Assembly (NCBI GenBank): GCA_000708835.1
Contig: DF237046.1
Span: 143,611 to 207,610, forward strand
Length of the DNA: 64,000 nucleotides
Direction: 5' to 3'
DNA from: Klebsormidium nitens
Lineage: Eukaryota; Plantae; Klebsormidiophyceae
This document shows positions 59,004-64,000 of this stretch, piece after piece. Below the pieces are notes generated by a model. It ran no database searches. It saw nothing but the letters and a program-made list of their open reading frames with translations, and had not been told where the DNA came from. Every line of letters begins with the position of its first letter. Position 1 is the first letter of the stretch. Position numbers and translations under genes: made by a program.

Positions 59004-61431
59004 ATGGCACCCCCTGTTGCGGAGCCCCTTGCCCCTGCCCCCGCCCCCCAAGGCCCCCGGCTGAAGCTGCCACCGCTGTCCAATCCGTTCTTCTTTCAGA
59101 TCATGCCCATGGTGGGGGCGGGAATTGGGGTCGGCTGCGGCGTGGGCATCGGGTTCGGCAAGCAAGTCCCATTTGGTACGTACGATTGCAAGTGGTTTTG
59201 GTGGGGAGAGCAGAGGCCACCACCCATCTTTCGTTCTCGTCTGCCGTCTTGCTCTGCTGTGCTCCTCTTGGCCTTGGCAGCACAATCAGAACCTTAGCGC
59301 AGCTGTTGCAAAGCCCGCGCCTGGCTGCACCTGCTGGTCTCCCAGCTGCGAAATGCCAGGCCCTTGTGTCTGTCTCTTCCTGTTTGTGGCTGCCCTGTCG
59401 TTGCCCTCTCTCAGCCCCATTCTGGCACCCCCCCCAGGCGTGGTGTTGACTGCGTGAGCGTGTGCGTGCAGCGTCGCTGCCCGGCTTGGATGGCATTGCC
59501 AGCGGCGTGAGCCAGGTGGGCGGCCAGCTGCGCGGGGTGCGTGGCTTTGTCAAGAAGGGGGTGAGCCACGCCACACCCTAGCCCCGCACCGCTGGCCAGG
59601 ATGTTGCATTTGACAGGACGCTTTACAGACATGCTGGATTGTCCCCATGGTGCACGGTGTCCCCTCTTGTCAGAGCGCGGGCCAGTTGCCAGGCTGGCAT
59701 CCGTTTGGCTGCCTCCATGGTGGCCCCAGGGGGTCCAATGTCTCCCTGCGCTCAGCGGGGGGTCGCACCAGGCCCCCACGTCGTCTGGTTCCTCCCCGGG
59801 CTCCTGTTCTTTCCACCCAACCCTGTGTTGCGGCGGCCCCTCCTCTCCCCGCCACCGCGGCAGGCTCGCGGAGGCGGTGATTGCGCTGGCGCCGGCAAAA
59901 TGCCTGCTCCCGGCCACGCCAGGTACCATTCTTGCGCAGCATAGCAGTAGGGGCTTCTGACCAGTGGCGCGTGCACGTATGTGGTGCAGCTGGCCAAGAG
60001 CGGCCAGAAGAACCTGGACGTGGGGCTGGGCTGCGGGGTGGGCGTCGGCTACGGCTTTGGCGCGGGCCTCTTCCTGAAGCCGGGCGTGGGGGAGGGCCTC
60101 GTCGACAGCGCCAAGGCGGCCTGGGCCGGCGCACAGGAGCAGCTGCACACGCGCTACGGTGAGCGCGCCAGCCGCCGCGCAGGTGGCTCTTGTACACGAG
60201 AAGAGCATGTCCAGGGTACCCCCACGTACTAGCATCCTCTCTTAACGGAACCAGAAAGCTCTTGGGCTCATTGAGCTCCTGAGTAGTTGTGGAGCGCAGG
60301 CAATTGCTGCTTCTCACTGGCCCAACTGCGGTATAGTGGGGAAGGTGCTACTCCTCAGTCGGAAGCAGGAGAGGCACAGGGCCCCTTTCTCAGAGGGAGT
60401 CCCGACACTTGCCGAACATCAGGCACGGGTGAATCGTCGTGTTAGAGTCGCTACAGCGGCTTGCCCGTCCTGCAAGCCAGGTCATTGGAGGGCGGGCCCT
60501 TGGGTAGCCTGGGTGCGCCGGCATGGCATGGGAGGCCACCCGGGGCGGGCTCGTTGTCTTTGAAAACTTGGTGGCACGATTGGTGCAAGAGGCAAAAAAG
60601 GATGACAACACGAAGCGCCTCATTCCGGGCCGTCGATCAAGTATACTCGTGAAGCCGGCTAGGCCGCCTTAGCAAGCCTCTTTTACTTTTTGTGAGTTGT
60701 GACTCAGCAGTGAATCTTATGCTGCCAACCGGGTGTCCCATGAGGATGACATGACCCCTCGATGGGCAAGCACGAGCTTTCTCTTTTGCCTGGCAGGGCA
60801 CCTCCTTCCCAAAACCGGAGCCACAAATGCAGAGCCGTCGGCGGAAGTTGGAGCACCTGGCCCCACCATCGAGAATACGGGGGTGATCGGAGGCAGGAAG
60901 GCCGCAAATTCACAACAGTCTGGAGGAGCAGTGACAAGCGAAAGCGAGGGTGAGACAGTGCCACAGGAGGCAGTTAAAGCGGAGGGTGTAGCAGTTCCTA
61001 GAGATCCATTAACGAGGGCCGCGCCAAAAGATGTGGGTGCTACAGACCGGGGCCCAAAGGAAAGTAAAAGAAAGGGCGCAGTCACGAAGCAAGGAGATGC
61101 GGATAGTGATGAAGGGGCAAAGTGGTCGCCAAGTATGCAGCAGGATCAGGGCGGCCGTGGAGACACGGTTGCACACGCAAAAAGGAAAAGCTCCGGAGGA
61201 GAGCGGGACAAGGAACTGAATCGGCTGCAATTAGAGAATGATGTATTGCGAGAGACGTTGCGACAACGAGAGTTGATAGAGCACCTAGAGGGCGAGGTGC
61301 AAACGCTTAGAGAAATGCTTAGTGGCAAGTCCGTATGCAGCCGATCTAGGAGTCTTGGGCTAGGCACCACCCCTTCATTAGAGGATCTTTGTTTCAAGTG
61401 TCGGCGGGTAGCACTTGGAAGACGAAGGTAA
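59004..61431 (+). CDS. Conserved plant-type glycine-rich protein with C-terminal short coiled coil
   Basis: NPFFFQIMPMVGAGIGVGCGVGIGFG and NLDVGLGCGVGVGYGFGAGLFLKP repeats. The phase-1 splice from about 60148 to 60799 joins to LENDVLRETLRQRELIEHLEGEVQTLREML. Confidence 0.72.
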
Positions 61432-62197
61432 CGGTGCTTGGTACTCACATATGCTTGGACCATAGATGGGCACTGGACTGCTGATCCTCTTGGATCGAGC
61501 AGTCAATGTCAAGCTTCTCATACTTCAATTGCATGGTCTCTCGGAATGCCGTGGTACTAATGGGCGCATACATAGTAACCTCAATCCGTACATATCGACA
61601 CGAGTACGCAAGAAGATTGTCTATATGCGGTTACCAACGCAATGAGCAATGAAAATGTAATTCTTCAATTCATTGCGGCACCTTTTCGAGGCTTGACTCG
61701 CTTGGAAACGAGTTTCACATCTTTTTTAGTTTCGAATTCAAAAAGATAACACGGCACCTTACAAATTTTGTTTGCATTCAATCCCATACATGTGCAGGAG
61801 CAATTGGACTCAGGTTTACCTGAAGTGTCGTCAGTATCTGCCGGCCAAAGCTAGCTAGGGAAGCATGCATTATGAGTGATTAATGTACCTGTATCGATTT
61901 GATGTCATATATAGCTTGTAGTAAAAATTCGATTCTTTCCGACCACGTCACTTGCTAACTACCTAGTATTGAACCATCATAGCCTCATGCTATGATGATA
62001 ATTATGTTCTGAAACTTCCTCGGGCTAAATCATTTTCTTTGCAAGCCGAAAATTAACAACATGTAGGGTTCAATAAGTTTTTAGATTGCGAATCAAAGCC
62101 CGAAAAATTTGTGAAAACATGCGTTATAACACGTTATGCGTGCGTTCTGCATCAGGCGAGGCTTTTATGCTTTCCTCATGCAATTCCATTGAAGCGG

Positions 62198-62502
62198 NNN
62201 NNNNNNNNNNNNNNNNNNNNNNNNNNNNNNNNNNNNNNNNNNNNNNNNNNNNNNNNNNNNNNNNNNNNNNNNNNNNNNNNNNNNNNNNNNNNNNNNNNNN
62301 NNNNNNNNNNNNNNNNNNNNNNNNNNNNNNNNNNNNNNNNNNNNNNNNNNNNNNNNNNNNNNNNNNNNNNNNNNNNNNNNNNNNNNNNNNNNNNNNNNNN
62401 NNNNNNNNNNNNNNNNNNNNNNNNNNNNNNNNNNNNNNNNNNNNNNNNNNNNNNNNNNNNNNNNNNNNNNNNNNNNNNNNNNNNNNNNNNNNNNNNNNNN
62501 NN
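62198..62502. other. Assembly gap (305 N)
   Basis: N run. Confidence 0.99.
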
Positions 62503-62700
62503 GCAAGCTTGACCACAGATCTTATATCTAGAAGCTTCGCATAAGAGTCTGAGTCTGCAGCGCGAAGTGTCAGCCTAGAAGCTTCGGTGCTCGGCCTAGA
62601 AGCTTCGGTGCTCGGCCGGCCATAAGCTTAGTCTCGAAAGCTTATCGGACGGTTCCCTCGTACGCGGTGCACGTGGGTCTTATCGGACGGTCACGCGTAC
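62503..62700. repeat. Short degenerate repeat cluster flanking the assembly gap
   Basis: cctagaagcttcggtgctcgg x2 (62574-62615), six AAGCTT in 62505-62643, cttatcggacgg x2. Confidence 0.75.
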
Positions 62701-64000
62701 CGTAATTCGGTGTCGTATAATAACGAACGATGCGCGGCCGCATATAGGCGTGCGGCCGGGAGTCGGTGCGCAGTCGTGCCGTTACATCCATAAATGATGT
62801 TTCGGTGGGTCCGATTTGGCTATTTAGAGGCTTTGCAGGGCGCGTCGTTCTACAGACAAGCGAAGTTCTCTCTAACATCACTTACGCTCTCATGTTGTGC
62901 GTCACAACGTTTTGAGGACACGATGACGGTGAGCGGAGTCTTCTTGAGAAGCATCCGCCCGCGCCTTACTCCTTGCTTTCGTTCTACATCGGAGAAGTCT
63001 AGTCTGCAAATCTTACAGAAAGGTGCAACGTCTTCTTCAGAGTAGTGCTCTCGGATCCGAACATTTTCGTATAGTTGAGAGGGGTGACGGGAGGGGTGAC
63101 GAAGAGGAGGAAGACGAAAAGCGAGGGGGAAGAGGAGAGAGAGAAGAGGACGAAGCGGGATTTCGAGTGGAGGATAAGCGTAGCTTTTTGTTGTTCAATA
63201 CTACATTTAGGCCCATGTTATCAACTATTTTCATTTTGTAATAGACTCATGCTCGTCCACTCTACTCCTCATCATTCTGTTACCGCACACAACGCTCTTC
63301 TGCACTATTATGGTGAATTCGAAAGCCGACGCCCTTCTCAAGTCAAGCTGGGCCAATCTCGAGCACAAGGGTTTCCATTGCCATGAATTAAGCAGGGTTT
63401 GGAATGCGCCCAAATGGCCTCATTGCAAAACGATTCGTTGCGAATGAGAATTAAGAGGCCTACGGCTGATAACGACGAATGAAGGGAATCCGTCCTGCCA
63501 TGTAGTGCATAAGCGTGCCGACCGCCTTCCGATGTTGCACCTTGTGCACACATTTTCGTACAGGAGGCTTCCCACTCACTCGACGGTTGTATGGAAACCG
63601 TTTCGTAACGAGAGGCTCACCCTTCCCCGTCGATTTGTCCCCCCGGTTCAAAAGAAATGCTTTGCACCCGCGCATCTGCTAGTCTGCAATTTCCGACCAA
63701 CTCTAGCGTCGGCCTAGGCATTGCATCAGCCTCTGGAATGTGCGTTTGCTCCATCCTGGGAAAGTACAGTGCCCCCCTCAAATGGCGCATGTCGATTTCT
63801 GCGCCTTTGGCAACTTTGTAGTACGCTCATGTTCACAGTGCAATGTGAGAGAAGATTCGCGCGTGAAAATGTCTTCTAAAAGCAAAAAGGCAGAGAGGTG
63901 GCTGAGATGCAATATTGCGAAAAGATACTAGAATTCGGTGATAATAGGCAGTCGAATTACTGTGTGATTAGGGTTCGACCCATTAGGGTTCGTGTAACGG

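Noticed and set aside
62086-62544. ORFs spanning the N run
   Set aside because: Artefacts of translating N as X.
62850-63195. Met-less minus-strand open frame of about 115 aa containing CKICRLDF (Zn-finger-like)
   Set aside because: No start codon, no clear splice context, no second Cys pair and low-complexity sequence; cannot be supported as a gene or TE protein.
1-64000. tRNA, rRNA, CRISPR or intact transposase/RT genes
   Set aside because: No cloverleaf, rRNA signature, repeat-spacer array or TE protein motifs were found by eye.

Overview
Eukaryotic nuclear DNA from an intron-rich green alga (Viridiplantae). A chlorophyte or early streptophyte is likely: APC2, SnRK2 and the CUE/coiled-coil protein are close to land-plant homologues. 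I reconstructed 16 spliced protein-coding genes by hand: FKBP19 (partial), RBL10-type rhomboid, CUE/coiled-coil protein, CaMK-group kinase, MSP1/ATAD1, a beta-strand-rich unknown, a plastid membrane protein, p47/PUX, APC2, TANGO2, a cyanobacterial-type membrane protein, VPS29, SnRK2, a class II PTEN-C2 formin, a bacterial-type MBL hydrolase and a Gly-rich protein. The most striking feature is architectural. All 16 genes alternate strand perfectly (-,+,-,+...), forming head-to-head pairs separated by tail-to-tail spacers. Several divergent spacers carry GTAC clusters (GTACCGTACC recurs four times) and telomere-like boxes, while convergent spacers are rich in CATG/TGCA. Other highlights are a tandem-duplicated 81-nt exon pair in FKBP19 (candidate mutually exclusive exons), strong within- and between-gene GC heterogeneity, and apparent frameshifts at C/G runs in APC2 and the formin (probably assembly errors). 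There are two N-gaps. I found no supportable tRNA, rRNA, CRISPR array or intact transposon. Gene identities come from my recall of family motifs, not from database searches.
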